Source: Verrucomicrobiota bacterium (GTDB lineage Bacteria; Chlamydiota; Chlamydiia; Chlamydiales; SM23-39). Taken from it: a stretch of 64,000 nt of DNA. Positions 17,157 through 26,886 of the stretch are shown here, in pieces. The stretch is from positions 20,834 to 84,833 of the forward strand of contig JAGWZL010000002.1 of the NCBI GenBank assembly GCA_018968815.1, written 5' to 3'. Under the pieces are notes generated by a model. It did no database searches and was not told the origin of the DNA. It worked only from the letters and a program-made list of their open reading frames with translations. The translations under genes and the position numbers were made by a program. The number at the start of each line of letters is the position of its first letter. The first letter of the stretch is position 1.

Positions 17157-17745
17157 GCTGGCCCATGAAGTCTCTCAGGCCGCTTAAGAACATTTGGACG
17201 GCAATCAGGATCAAAATCAGCCCCATGAGCCTCTCCATGGCCGTAATGCCCCGCCAACCCAGAATTTTTTTCAAAAACGAAGAGCTGAGCAAAATGATGA
17301 GCGAGGCGAGCCAAGCGATCAAAATCGAACTCATCATGACGATCGCGCCCTCTTGTTTGGCATAGATCATCACAGCCGCCAACACGGAGGGGCCCGCGAT
17401 GAGCGGCACCGCCAAAGGGACGATGAACGGTTCGGTATCGTGGCGAAACGATTCGGCCTGATCCGCAGGAGGCGGGAAAATCATCCGAAGGCAGAGGAGA
17501 AACAAAATGATCCCACCGGCCATTTGGATCGTATCTTTTTCAACATGAAGGAATTTCATCAGACCATCCCCGACAAAGTTGAAGAGGATAATGATGAAGA
17601 GCGCAATGACCAGTTCGCGGAAGATCACTATCCGTTGCCGCTTGGGATTCAGCCCCTTTAAAATACTGATATAGAGGGGGATATTCCCAATCGGGTCCAT
17701 GAAGAGAAACAGCGCAAAAGCGGTCGATAGGATTTGTTTGCTCAT
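17149..17745 (-). CDS. MarC family (UPF0056) membrane protein
   Basis: FALFLFMDPIGNIPLYISI motif in a polytopic membrane protein. Confidence 0.85.
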   Translation of the reverse strand: MSKQILSTAFALFLFMDPIGNIPLYISILKGLNPKRQRIVIFRELVIALFIIILFNFVGDGLMKFLHVEKDTIQMAGGIILFLLCLRMIFPPPADQAESFRHDTEPFIVPLAVPLIAGPSVLAAVMIYAKQEGAIVMMSSILIAWLASLIILLSSSFLKKILGWRGITAMERLMGLILILIAVQMFLSGLRDFMGQHA

Positions 17746-17777
17746 GGTTGTATCGTAGCGATTTCACGACTTGATGT

Positions 17778-18803
17778 CTATTGAACCGAGGATTCGATCG
17801 CGCGCCAAAGATTTTTCATAAATTTTTTTTGATCGGCGTTCAGGTGGTGCAGGGCGATAATAATATCGCTGTTTTTATAAAAGGCGGCCTTGGTCCAATT
17901 GGCGGATCCTGTGATGAGGGTTTGGTCGTCGATGTAGATGAATTTGTGGTGGAGCAGTTGCGTCCCTCCGCTGAGCCAAACAGGGACGCCCGCTGCGCGC
18001 AGCTGTTCGATGACTGTGGAGCTGGCGCCCAGTCCCGAGTGCATATCGACAATCACCGCCACTTTCACGCCCCTTTTATGGGCCTCAATGACCTCTTCGA
18101 CCAGGCCTGGATGTGTGAACGTAAATAGGGCGATGCGGATCGATTTGCGCGCCGAGCGGATCGTCTTTCTCAGCTCCGAAAGAGCATGTCCTCTCGGGTC
18201 GGGCAGAAGCCAAATTTCCACCTCCTGGCCTCCCACTCTGGTTTTCAGATAGCCAGAGTCGTAGGGCTTATGTTCTTTCAGGAACTGCGCCACCTGTTTA
18301 TTCACCAGGCCGATCACCAAATTGTCATGCATGCGCAAGGAGGCGCTTGTCATGTTCGCCGATCCGACAAACACAGTCTCATCATCGAGGACTAAAATCT
18401 TCTGGTGCATGAGGCTCCCCTCCGTAACCGGATGGAGCTCTCCTCCTTGCAAATAGCGAAACACTTTGGGCGACCCCTTTGTGTCGTAGTAAATCGTCGT
18501 CGGCACATCGTCTCCGATTTTCTTCGACAGAGCGCCCAGGATGGGCCGGTCGCTGAGGCCGAACATGACCAAATAAATCGAACGGCTCGCCCCCTGAATG
18601 GCGCTGAGCAAAGTAGCCCGAATGTCTTGTTGGCATTGATTGGAGTACAACTTGGGGGCTTCCAGAGGTTTGGGCAGCCCTGGCGTGAGGGAGCGCCAAA
18701 CAAACCAGGACCAAGCTAAAACAAAAAGCAATAACACCCACGGAAACTTCCTCCTTTTCGGAGGGAGCGGGGGAGTTATGCCTGGTGGGAATTTTTTAAC
18801 CAT
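17778..18803 (-). CDS. phospholipase D family protein (two HKD motifs), N-terminal TM segment
   Basis: HQKILVLDDETVFVGSANMT and HHKFIYIDDQTLITGSANWT. Confidence 0.85.
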   Translation of the reverse strand: MVKKFPPGITPPLPPKRRKFPWVLLLFVLAWSWFVWRSLTPGLPKPLEAPKLYSNQCQQDIRATLLSAIQGASRSIYLVMFGLSDRPILGALSKKIGDDVPTTIYYDTKGSPKVFRYLQGGELHPVTEGSLMHQKILVLDDETVFVGSANMTSASLRMHDNLVIGLVNKQVAQFLKEHKPYDSGYLKTRVGGQEVEIWLLPDPRGHALSELRKTIRSARKSIRIALFTFTHPGLVEEVIEAHKRGVKVAVIVDMHSGLGASSTVIEQLRAAGVPVWLSGGTQLLHHKFIYIDDQTLITGSANWTKAAFYKNSDIIIALHHLNADQKKFMKNLWRAIESSVQ

Positions 18804-18886
18804 TTCGGGTAGGCATCTTGCCTGAACCTATCCGACAAATCGATTGCAACTGCTTACCTGGATAGGTTCACCCTCAATCGCGTTTG

Positions 18887-19162
18887 TCAAACTCTTTTGC
18901 CACTTTTGCGCATCTGATGGACAACTGCACTGATCCCTTTCTTATCGATGGTTCTCAAAGCAGCCACAGACAGACGCAAAGTGACGAATCTTTTCTCTTC
19001 AGGAATCCAAAGCCGCTTGGTCTTCAAATTGGGCAAAAACCTGCGGTTTGTGCAGCCGGTGATTTTTAGACCGATCCCTTTTTTCTTCTTCGCAATCCCG
19101 CGTAAAGCATAGCTGCGGCCGAAGCTCGATTTTTTTCCAGTAAGTGCGCATTGTCTTGCCAT
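18887..19162 (-). CDS. rpmB: 50S ribosomal protein L28
   Basis: From the internal ATG it reads MARQCALTGKKSSFG…, which is L28-like. Confidence 0.85.
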   Translation of the reverse strand: MARQCALTGKKSSFGRSYALRGIAKKKKGIGLKITGCTNRRFLPNLKTKRLWIPEEKRFVTLRLSVAALRTIDKKGISAVVHQMRKSGKRV

Positions 19163-19215
19163 AATCGTTCCTTTTTTGCTCACCCAGCATACAGCAGAGA
19201 GCAATTTGTTTGAAG

Positions 19216-21780
19216 TTATAATTTGTTTTTTACTTCATATCCGACGGTGAAATGCTCCCCCTCTTTTTTGCCGGTGAGGAGAAGTTCGCTATGTTTGGGG
19301 ATTTTATTTTCCAAAATCGCGGTGGCAAAGAGGTTCACCACCTCATGCTGGATCAGTCGTTTCAGGGGTCTCGCTCCAAAGGAGGGGTCGTACCCTTCTT
19401 GGGCCAGGTATTTGACCACTTTGGGGTCCCACTTGAGGGAAATGTGCTTTTCTTGCAGCCGGTGCGCGACCCGTCCCAGCTGGATGGAGACGATCGCCTC
19501 CATGTCTTTCAGCTGCAGCGGCAGGAAGGGGAGGATCTCATCGAGCCGGTTCAAGAATTCGGGTCTAAAGGTGGCCTTGAGGACAGGCTCTACGATGGCG
19601 AGCAGCTCCTCTTTCGTCTCCGCTTTTTTCTTTAAAAGTAAATCGGAGCCGAGGTTTGAGGTCATGATGAATAGGGCATTTTTACAGTTGACCTTGCGCC
19701 CTTTGCTGTCGGTGATTCTTCCCTCATCAAAGATTTGTAATAAAATATTGAACACATCGTGGTGAGCCTTTTCGAGCTCATCGAAGAGGACCACCGCATA
19801 CGGTTTTCGGCGTAGAGCCTCTGTCAGCTGGCCCCCCTCCTCATAGCCCACATAGCCCGGCGGCGACCCGACGAGGCGTGACACGCTATGTTTTTCCATA
19901 TATTCGGACATGTCGAGCCGAATGATGGCATCTTCTTTATCGAAGAGCTGTTCGGCGAGCGCTTTGACGAGCTCCGTTTTGCCAACGCCGGTGGGTCCAA
20001 TGAAGAGAAAGACTCCGATCGGCCGCTGTGGGTCGCTGAGGCCCGATCTCGATCTCCGAATGGCTTCGCTGACCGCCTGGATGGCGACAGGTTGGCCGAT
20101 GACCCGTTTTTCCAGGTATTTTTCGAGTTGCAAAATTTTGAGGGTCTCTTTTTCGAGCATTTTATCGACCGGGATGCCGGTCCATTTCGAGACAATTTGG
20201 GCGATGAGGTTTTCGTCGACCTCTTCTTGGAGGAGCCGGTCTTTCAGATCGCCCAACTCTTTTTGGGCCGACTCGATCTGTTTTTCCATGGCGGGGATTT
20301 TTGCGTAGCGGAGCTCGGCGACTTTATTGTAATCGACTTTGCGCTCCGCCTCTTCTTCTTGAAAACGGAGCTTTTCGAGCGCATCTTTTTTCTCTTTCAA
20401 CGTTTGGATGAGCGCTTTTTCTTTGTTCCATTTGGCCCGCAATATGCCGAGCTCCTCTTTGAGCTGGGCGATCCGTTCTTCTGCGTTTTCCTGCGTCGCC
20501 TCTTGCCGGACAATCAGGGCGGCAAGCTCCCGTTCTTTCTGATCGATGGGCAGCGGCAATGACCCGATCTGCATCCGAATGAGGCTCGCCGCCTCATCGA
20601 TCAGATCGATCGCCTTATCGGGCAGGCGTCGATCGGCAATGTAGCGGGAGGAGAGAAAAACTGCTGCATGCAGTGCGTTTTCTAAAATGCGCACGCCGTG
20701 AAAGATTTCAAAGCGCTCTTTCAGACCGCGTAAAATGGCAATGGCGTCTTCCACGCTGGGCTCTGGCACGAGAACAGGCTGGAATCTTCGCTCAAGCGCC
20801 GCGTCTTTCTCGATGTATTTTTGGTACTCATTCAACGTGGTGGCGCCGATGCAGTGCAACAGGCCGCGCGCGAGCGCTGGCTTCAATAAGTTGGCCGCAT
20901 CCATGGAGCCTTCGCTTGCTCCTGCGCCGACGAGGGTATGCACCTCATCGATGAAGAGAATGATGTTCCCTTCGCTTTTTTCAATTTCGTCCAAAATGCT
21001 CTTGAGCCGCTCCTCAAATTCTCCGCGGAATTTGGTGCCGGCGATGAGACTGCCCATATCGAGGACCATGAGCTCTTTTCCCTTCAAAGAGTCGGGGATG
21101 TCATTTTGCACGATGCGGCTGGCAAGACCCTCTGCGATGGCGGTTTTCCCAACGCCCGGCTCTCCAATGAGCATAGGGTTATTTTTCGTGCGGCGGGACA
21201 AGACTTGGATGGTGCGGCGGATCTCTTCATCGCGACCGATGACGGGATCGAGTTTTCCAAGCCGGGCCAGCGCCGTTAAATTCTTGCAATACTTTTCGAG
21301 CGCTTTTAAATTGCCTTCGGCGCTCGGAGAGTCCATCTGTTTCGACCCTCTCAATTTCTTGATTTCGGCCTCCACCTCTTTGAGCGATTTTTTGGCGATT
21401 TTTTTCCATGAGGCAAAAGGCTCAATCGGTTTGTCCCAGTATGCGAGAAACAGGTGATCGCTGCTGATGTAGGTGTCTTTCCAACTTTTGGCGAACTGAC
21501 CCGCTTCCTGCACTTTGTGTTGCAGTCCCACGGAGATTTGGGGGGCGCTCGGCTCTCCTGAATATGTAGGCAGCGTCGCAAGGGCGCTTTCCACCTGGTT
21601 CAATAGCAGCGTGGGGTCGAGGCCGACTGCGGAGATGATGGAGTTAAAATAGCCTTGAGAGTCGAGGAGGAGCGCTCTGAGCAGGTGATTTTCGCTCACT
21701 TCGACATGTTTTTTCGCTTGGGCGTATTGGAACGCTTCTTCAAAGGCTTGGGTGACAGCTTCTGTAAATTGTGGGCTCAT
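19216..21780 (-). CDS. clpB: ATP-dependent chaperone ClpB
   Basis: 854 aa with two AAA+ modules (GEPGVGKTA and GPTGVGKTE) and a coiled-coil middle domain. Confidence 0.95.
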   Translation of the reverse strand: MSPQFTEAVTQAFEEAFQYAQAKKHVEVSENHLLRALLLDSQGYFNSIISAVGLDPTLLLNQVESALATLPTYSGEPSAPQISVGLQHKVQEAGQFAKSWKDTYISSDHLFLAYWDKPIEPFASWKKIAKKSLKEVEAEIKKLRGSKQMDSPSAEGNLKALEKYCKNLTALARLGKLDPVIGRDEEIRRTIQVLSRRTKNNPMLIGEPGVGKTAIAEGLASRIVQNDIPDSLKGKELMVLDMGSLIAGTKFRGEFEERLKSILDEIEKSEGNIILFIDEVHTLVGAGASEGSMDAANLLKPALARGLLHCIGATTLNEYQKYIEKDAALERRFQPVLVPEPSVEDAIAILRGLKERFEIFHGVRILENALHAAVFLSSRYIADRRLPDKAIDLIDEAASLIRMQIGSLPLPIDQKERELAALIVRQEATQENAEERIAQLKEELGILRAKWNKEKALIQTLKEKKDALEKLRFQEEEAERKVDYNKVAELRYAKIPAMEKQIESAQKELGDLKDRLLQEEVDENLIAQIVSKWTGIPVDKMLEKETLKILQLEKYLEKRVIGQPVAIQAVSEAIRRSRSGLSDPQRPIGVFLFIGPTGVGKTELVKALAEQLFDKEDAIIRLDMSEYMEKHSVSRLVGSPPGYVGYEEGGQLTEALRRKPYAVVLFDELEKAHHDVFNILLQIFDEGRITDSKGRKVNCKNALFIMTSNLGSDLLLKKKAETKEELLAIVEPVLKATFRPEFLNRLDEILPFLPLQLKDMEAIVSIQLGRVAHRLQEKHISLKWDPKVVKYLAQEGYDPSFGARPLKRLIQHEVVNLFATAILENKIPKHSELLLTGKKEGEHFTVGYEVKNKL

Positions 21781-22178
21781 TGGGGTACCGCTGCAATTTT
21801 ACGGGCTCGGACGACGGAGCCCGTTAAATGGTTTGTTAATGAGTAGGGATATTCGGGATCGGTGCTGGGGCCGACCTTAATTTCTGTTGGGGTGATCCAC
21901 CCTCCTGAAATCGGGGTGTCTTTGGGGTCGATTTCCCAAAGAGAGTTGTCGCTGAGGCGGATGTATTTTCCCCCTTTCAACACGTCCTGTAAAATGGGGG
22001 ACGAAGTCTTTTGCGCGACCCCTTTTTTGGTATAATGTTCCTCGATCCATTCCCGGAGGGCCATCCGCTCCTGCACATTCAGTTTTGCAAGACCCGTCTG
22101 TTTTTGCTCTGCGGTGCTCATGGAATCAAATGCAGCGGCAGCGGCTAGAATGAAATACAGCATAAAAAACCTCACCAC
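21777..22178 (-). CDS. hypothetical secreted protein
   Basis: Signal-peptide-like N-terminus (FMLYFILAAAAAFDS). ATGA overlap with the clpB start. Confidence 0.5.
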   Translation of the reverse strand: MVRFFMLYFILAAAAAFDSMSTAEQKQTGLAKLNVQERMALREWIEEHYTKKGVAQKTSSPILQDVLKGGKYIRLSDNSLWEIDPKDTPISGGWITPTEIKVGPSTDPEYPYSLTNHLTGSVVRARKIAAVPQ

Positions 22179-22200
22179 GATGATACCGCAACCTGGGGGT

Positions 22201-22374
22201 TATACACAAATGAACTCAAAAGTTGGGAATTTGGCAAAGCTGGCGCCGCATGTTTGGGGCAGCGAAGCGGCGCCGAAGCAGCTCAACTTGAATAAGTTGA
22301 GCGATGCAGGCGGCCCCAAACATGCGGATGTCCGGCTTGAGCCAAAAACCAACTTTTGAGTTCGTTTGTGTATA
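22201..22374. mobile_element. 174-bp MITE-like palindromic element (complete copy)
   Basis: Terminal inverted repeats are tatacacaaatgaactcaaaagttgg (22201-22226) and ccaacttttgagttcgtttgtgtata (22349-22374). It has nested internal inverted repeats (ccgcatgtttggggc / gccccaaacatgcgg) and a central hairpin (ctcaacttgaataagttgag). It abuts the stop codon of the TPR gene. Confidence 0.65.
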
Positions 22375-23898
22375 TCAGCAAGGTTCAGGGCATGCGCGTA
22401 GGAGAGCGGCTCTCAGTTCTTTGAGGGCGCGCGGTTTATGATTTTTGGCGAAGACAATCTTTTCCGCCTTTTGGAGGTATTCCCATGCTTTGTTGTGATT
22501 ATGTCTTTGAAAGTGGATGGCGGATAGATAGTAGTTGACTGTGGCGTCATTGGGGTTCATAGCGATATATTTTTCCAGGATGGGGAGGGCCTCTTTTTCT
22601 CTTCCGATCTGCAGCCAAGTAGTTGCCAAGTGGAATACGCCCTGTCTAAACTTCGGGTATTTTTCGACGATCGCTTCTAATTTCTTCTGTTTTTCTAAAA
22701 TGGAGTCGCGTCGTGCATTGACTTCGGAATAGATGGCTTGAATGGCGTCGGGGCCCGCGCATCCTGCCAAATAATCTTCGGTGACGCTGTCGCTTGCAAT
22801 CGCGTGATCGGGGACAATGCCCCGGATTTTTTCCAAGAGAGCTTTTCCCTCTGTTTCTCGTCCTACAAACAGGTAGTTAAAGCCGAGAAACATATTGAGC
22901 AGGTAATCCTCTTTGAGGAAGGGGCGCGCTTTTTCGTAGAGTTTGATGGCCGATTCGGCATCGCCTCTTTGCCAACTGACGGCGGCCTGGTTCATGAAGG
23001 CAAGACCGATGACTTGCCGCAGGTCTCTTTTTTGCAAACTTCTGGTTTCCATGCCTAGGTACATGTCGGAAGGGACATCGATGCCTCGGGCCGTTGTTTC
23101 GATATTCAAAATGTCCCCATCTGGCGCTACGTAGCGCACATAAATGTGGCCGGGCGGCGTGACGGCTTCCAGTTCAAGGCCTAAGCGTTGCGCCAAGCAA
23201 AGATAGAGGATCGAGACGCCCAAGCAGACCCCGCGTCGGCTATCGAGCACGGAGGGGAGGAAGGTGTAGACATCGATATCTTTGGCATGCAGCGAGTGGG
23301 GGGGAAAGCGAAAGCGCATTTCGGAGAAGATGTAATCGCTAATGGCTCGGATTTTCTCTCGGGGGGTTGCATCTTGCGGGAGCCGTGCGTAAATTTGGAG
23401 CGCCATCAAATCGAGATTGGCTTCATAGCTCAAAATTTTCGGACGCGCCTCTTCGCTGTTGCCGAGTTCGGCCAGCATCAAGCCGCGCGCCAAGTCAATT
23501 TCCTCGATGGGCAATTTGTGCAGGATGGCTTCATCCCAGATGCCGAATCCTTGCAAGTTGCGATTCAGGAGGTGGCGAGAGAGCTTTCCAATCACGAGCA
23601 GCTGTTCTTCGTTGAGGGTGGGTGTTGTGTCCTGCGTGCTGCGGTTGACAAAGTTGATGAGCGGCCTTGGATCTAAAGAGGGCAGCACCAGTTCTGGGTC
23701 CCAATCGCTGCAGCCTCCGCTGAGAAGGTCCCAGGCGTGCTTTAATGCCTGTTTGCCTTCGGGAGTTTTGGGGTAGAGTTCATAAAAGGCGAAGTGTTGG
23801 GAAACGGAAGTGGGGTCTAAAGAGGAGTAAAGCGCTGATAATGAGGCGGCGACCACGCAAACCCAATGCACTGCAAGAGCCTCCCTTTCCCTTAGCAT
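22375..23898 (-). CDS. transglutaminase-like / TPR repeat protein (SirB1-like architecture)
   Basis: The RRGVCLGVSILYLCLAQRLGL…PGHIYVRY core is followed by TPR-like repeats. Confidence 0.65.
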   Translation of the reverse strand: MLREREALAVHWVCVVAASLSALYSSLDPTSVSQHFAFYELYPKTPEGKQALKHAWDLLSGGCSDWDPELVLPSLDPRPLINFVNRSTQDTTPTLNEEQLLVIGKLSRHLLNRNLQGFGIWDEAILHKLPIEEIDLARGLMLAELGNSEEARPKILSYEANLDLMALQIYARLPQDATPREKIRAISDYIFSEMRFRFPPHSLHAKDIDVYTFLPSVLDSRRGVCLGVSILYLCLAQRLGLELEAVTPPGHIYVRYVAPDGDILNIETTARGIDVPSDMYLGMETRSLQKRDLRQVIGLAFMNQAAVSWQRGDAESAIKLYEKARPFLKEDYLLNMFLGFNYLFVGRETEGKALLEKIRGIVPDHAIASDSVTEDYLAGCAGPDAIQAIYSEVNARRDSILEKQKKLEAIVEKYPKFRQGVFHLATTWLQIGREKEALPILEKYIAMNPNDATVNYYLSAIHFQRHNHNKAWEYLQKAEKIVFAKNHKPRALKELRAALLRACPEPC

Positions 23899-23931
23899 AA
23901 ACAGAAACGGTTATTTTGGGAAATCTTCAAC

Positions 23932-25320
23932 CTACAAGGGCAGTTTTTGCAGCAGCTCTCGAAGGGCGCGGTGATGTTGGATCTCTTCGATACTGGGGCG
24001 GTATTGGTAGGTCCAATTCGTCTTCAAGAGGACGCCGGGATGGTTGATTTGTTCCTCTTCGGGATTCTGAGAAACTAGTTCGGGGATCAGGGCCAAGTAT
24101 TCTTGCAGCAAGTGGATGTGAAAGTAGCTGCTTGTGCTGTGCGCGGCGCGCAAAAGGGCGAGCCGCTCTGTTTGGTTCAAGAGGGGCTGGTAGTTCAGGT
24201 GCAAGGCTTCAGCGAACTGCTTTGCCATTTGAGGATAGGTTTTCCACCAAACTGCTAGTGTGGGCATGTCGTGCGTGCCTAAGGTAGTGACGCTCAGCGG
24301 TTCGTATTGTTCCGGTGGGGTATACCGGCCCTCTTCGATTTGCCAAGGCATCACTCTGGTTCCACAAATCCCGAACCGTTTCAGAATGGATGCCATGCCT
24401 TCGAATGTCGTCCCCAAATCCTCTGCAATGGGCAGAAGGGGAGAGGAGCCTAACATCATCTCCAAAATGGCTGTGCCTTGTTGCTCCCAAAGACTGGGTT
24501 CGGCAGGGTAGTAGGAGCCCTCCACCGCCTGTTTGCCCCGTTCAATCCCCCACGTGCGAAAGAAGCCGATCACATGATCCAATCGGTACATGTGGACGAG
24601 CGTTTCTAGCGTGTGCAATCTCCTTTTCCACCAGGCAAATTGAGATTTGCGCATCTCTGCCCAGTTGATGAGGGGAAATCCCCAACGTTGCCCTTGCAAG
24701 TTAAAGGCATCGGGCGGAGAGCCCGCTTCCAAATGCAAATCGAACAGGTGCGGTTCGTCCCACACGTCTGCGCTATCGGGACTGACCAAAAAGGGCAAAT
24801 CCCCCATGAGAAAAACTCCCTGCTCATCGGCGTGCCGTTTGGCCTCTGCCATTTGCTCAAAGGCGTGAAATTGCAAAAAAGTATAGAACTCCACCCGCTT
24901 CGGGTCGGCCGTTGCCCCTTTCGGCCACTGCGTCCATGCCGCCCCGTGATATTGTTCTTTGAGCGCGCGAAAGGCGGCATATGGCGTGAGCCAAGGATGT
25001 TTTTCCGTGAACGATGCCGGAGGCGTTTTGGACAATCGAAACAATTGATCTTGCGACTGAACGCCCAGTTCCCACAGACTCAAATACTTTGGGTGGAGCG
25101 CACAAGAGGAGATCGGATTATACGGGCTTAAATCGTCTCCGCTATCATTGAGAGGGAGAAGCTGAATCACATCAAAGCCCACCTCCTTGCACCAGTCGAT
25201 GAGAGGAATCAGATCTAAAAAGGTGCCGCAGCGGGGACTTCTTTTCGAATGCAACGAAAAGAGAGGCACGCAAATGCCATGATGCGCCCGTTTGCCGATT
25301 TTTGCCCAATGAGTATTCAC
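23932..25320 (-). CDS. malQ: 4-alpha-glucanotransferase
   Basis: GDLPFLVSPDSADVW, YRLDHVIGFFRTW and IAEDLG motifs. It sits next to the T3SS block, as in Chlamydia. Confidence 0.85.
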   Translation of the reverse strand: MNTHWAKIGKRAHHGICVPLFSLHSKRSPRCGTFLDLIPLIDWCKEVGFDVIQLLPLNDSGDDLSPYNPISSCALHPKYLSLWELGVQSQDQLFRLSKTPPASFTEKHPWLTPYAAFRALKEQYHGAAWTQWPKGATADPKRVEFYTFLQFHAFEQMAEAKRHADEQGVFLMGDLPFLVSPDSADVWDEPHLFDLHLEAGSPPDAFNLQGQRWGFPLINWAEMRKSQFAWWKRRLHTLETLVHMYRLDHVIGFFRTWGIERGKQAVEGSYYPAEPSLWEQQGTAILEMMLGSSPLLPIAEDLGTTFEGMASILKRFGICGTRVMPWQIEEGRYTPPEQYEPLSVTTLGTHDMPTLAVWWKTYPQMAKQFAEALHLNYQPLLNQTERLALLRAAHSTSSYFHIHLLQEYLALIPELVSQNPEEEQINHPGVLLKTNWTYQYRPSIEEIQHHRALRELLQKLPL

Positions 25321-25321
25321 T

Positions 25322-25738
25322 TCACATCTCTATGGGTGCGCTTTGCCCCGTCATAATCGCTTTTTGCCACACCTCCGCCATCTCTAAAAAGGCGCCGATG
25401 ATTTGACTCAATCTCTCTGCCGTTAGAATATGCAGCGGATACTTTTGAAATTGAGCGAGCCGGTTCGTGGCCAGAATGTATCCAAAAATGCCAGGCATCG
25501 GATCGGGCAAAGCATTGGCCTTGAGCGCCTCTTTCAAAATATTTTCCCGGAATTTCCCGGGAGGCGTTTCTGCAATCTCCGCAAAAATCCAAAGATTTTC
25601 CTGCGATGTGTCGAGCTGCAGTTGGAGAATCAGATGGGGATGCACCTGAATGCTGCATGCATGTTCTCGGTCGATATGCAACTGCAAGTGAAAGATCGAG
25701 CCCAATTCATGGAGAAGTTCTTCAAAACGGCCAATCAT
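25322..25738 (-). CDS. scc1: type III secretion chaperone (CesT/SycE family, Scc1-like)
   Basis: 138 aa and acidic. It lies immediately downstream of the copN-like gene. The pattern (…LQLD…LWIFAEI…) is CesT-like. Confidence 0.7.
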   Translation of the reverse strand: MIGRFEELLHELGSIFHLQLHIDREHACSIQVHPHLILQLQLDTSQENLWIFAEIAETPPGKFRENILKEALKANALPDPMPGIFGYILATNRLAQFQKYPLHILTAERLSQIIGAFLEMAEVWQKAIMTGQSAPIEM

Positions 25739-26886
25739 TTGTCCTCCTCCTCCTCTTCTTCCATCTGATCTTCCAGCTGCTCAATGGTCATCATCAACGC
25801 GCGCAAGATCTCTTCCCGATGCCGAGGATCCCGAAAATATTTCGGCGCCACCTGCTTGATCGCATCGAGCATTTGCGAATAGATGATCATTTGTGCAGCC
25901 GCCTCCTCAGAAATCCCCAGCGCTTTCGCAGATTGCAGAATCTTGTCCGGATTCGTAAATCGCTCGGCAATCAGTTTCACGAAAATACGCGCAATGATCT
26001 CGAAATCAAGCCGGTTCGGGAATACCAATTCATAAGAACTAAATTCGCGCTGAATCAGCCGCATTCTCGATTGAAAAAAACGAAACACTCCCAAAATCCC
26101 TTGCATCGAACGGGTCTCATCCACAAGCCGCTTCAGCTCAGCCCGCTCAATCGACGGCCCCTTAGACTTCATATCGGCGCCCAACGCATGCAACATAAAA
26201 TGGATCGCAGTCTTTAATTTCGGATACCGAAACTTTTCGGCCAGCTCATCAAATAATTGAATCGGATCCCGAGGATTCGAAATAATGTCTCGATACAGAT
26301 CGCGCAAACTACTGGGAGATCCCAATTCTTTCGAAAACTCGCGCGATTGAGCGCCCATATTTCTTCCCGCGCGAATCTCTTTGCCTTTGTCTTTGCGCAG
26401 CTTCTCTTTTGCCTCTTGGGTGGCTGCAAGTAATTGAGCGTCAGACGTTTCTGTAAGAAATTCGAGGGCTTCATCGGCAAGAGCCGCTTCTTGGTAGACG
26501 GCTTCGACTTTTTTCAAGATCTCGTCGGGGGTGTCGCCTGGGGCGATTTGGGCGCGCAAGACGCGCAGGGTTTTGGGGTTGAGTTCAAAATTATTGCGGT
26601 TGAACCGTTCGGCGACTTCATCGACTTTTTCGACGTCGACGATTTTTTCGACTTCGTCTGTTTCTGTCGTTTCTTCGGGTTTTCCCTCTTTTTTTTGGTG
26701 TAGTTCTTTTAAATTTTTGAAATCGCGCACCTGATTCATGGGATTGAATTCGGAGAGCTCGCAGTATTCGCTTAAATTTTTATTGCTGGAGACCTGCATG
26801 GCTTTGTCTGCGGCGATCTCTTTTTGCAGGGATTTGATTCCTTCTTGGCCGATGGGGAAGATGTTGGAGATGTTTGGTTCTGTCAT
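25735..26886 (-). CDS. copN: type III secretion gatekeeper CopN/SctW-like
   Basis: Size, position between sctV and scc1, and overlapping start/stop codons with its neighbours. The call rests mainly on synteny. Confidence 0.65.
   Translation of the reverse strand: MTEPNISNIFPIGQEGIKSLQKEIAADKAMQVSSNKNLSEYCELSEFNPMNQVRDFKNLKELHQKKEGKPEETTETDEVEKIVDVEKVDEVAERFNRNNFELNPKTLRVLRAQIAPGDTPDEILKKVEAVYQEAALADEALEFLTETSDAQLLAATQEAKEKLRKDKGKEIRAGRNMGAQSREFSKELGSPSSLRDLYRDIISNPRDPIQLFDELAEKFRYPKLKTAIHFMLHALGADMKSKGPSIERAELKRLVDETRSMQGILGVFRFFQSRMRLIQREFSSYELVFPNRLDFEIIARIFVKLIAERFTNPDKILQSAKALGISEEAAAQMIIYSQMLDAIKQVAPKYFRDPRHREEILRALMMTIEQLEDQMEEEEEEDK

Noticed and set aside
15935-17168. Long plus-strand ORFs (15935-16711 and 16482-17168) antisense to map and truA.
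   Set aside because: These are shadow ORFs opposite strongly recognisable conserved genes. The same applies to 19888-20562 and 20735-21457 (antisense to clpB), 38976-39677 (infB), 40752-41693 (rpsA) and 55297-55872 (symporter gene).
18823-18873. An 11-bp inverted repeat (tgaacctatcc / ggataggttca) between rpmB and the PLD gene.
   Set aside because: The loop is 27 nt and no U-tract follows on the transcribed strand. I could not assign a function.
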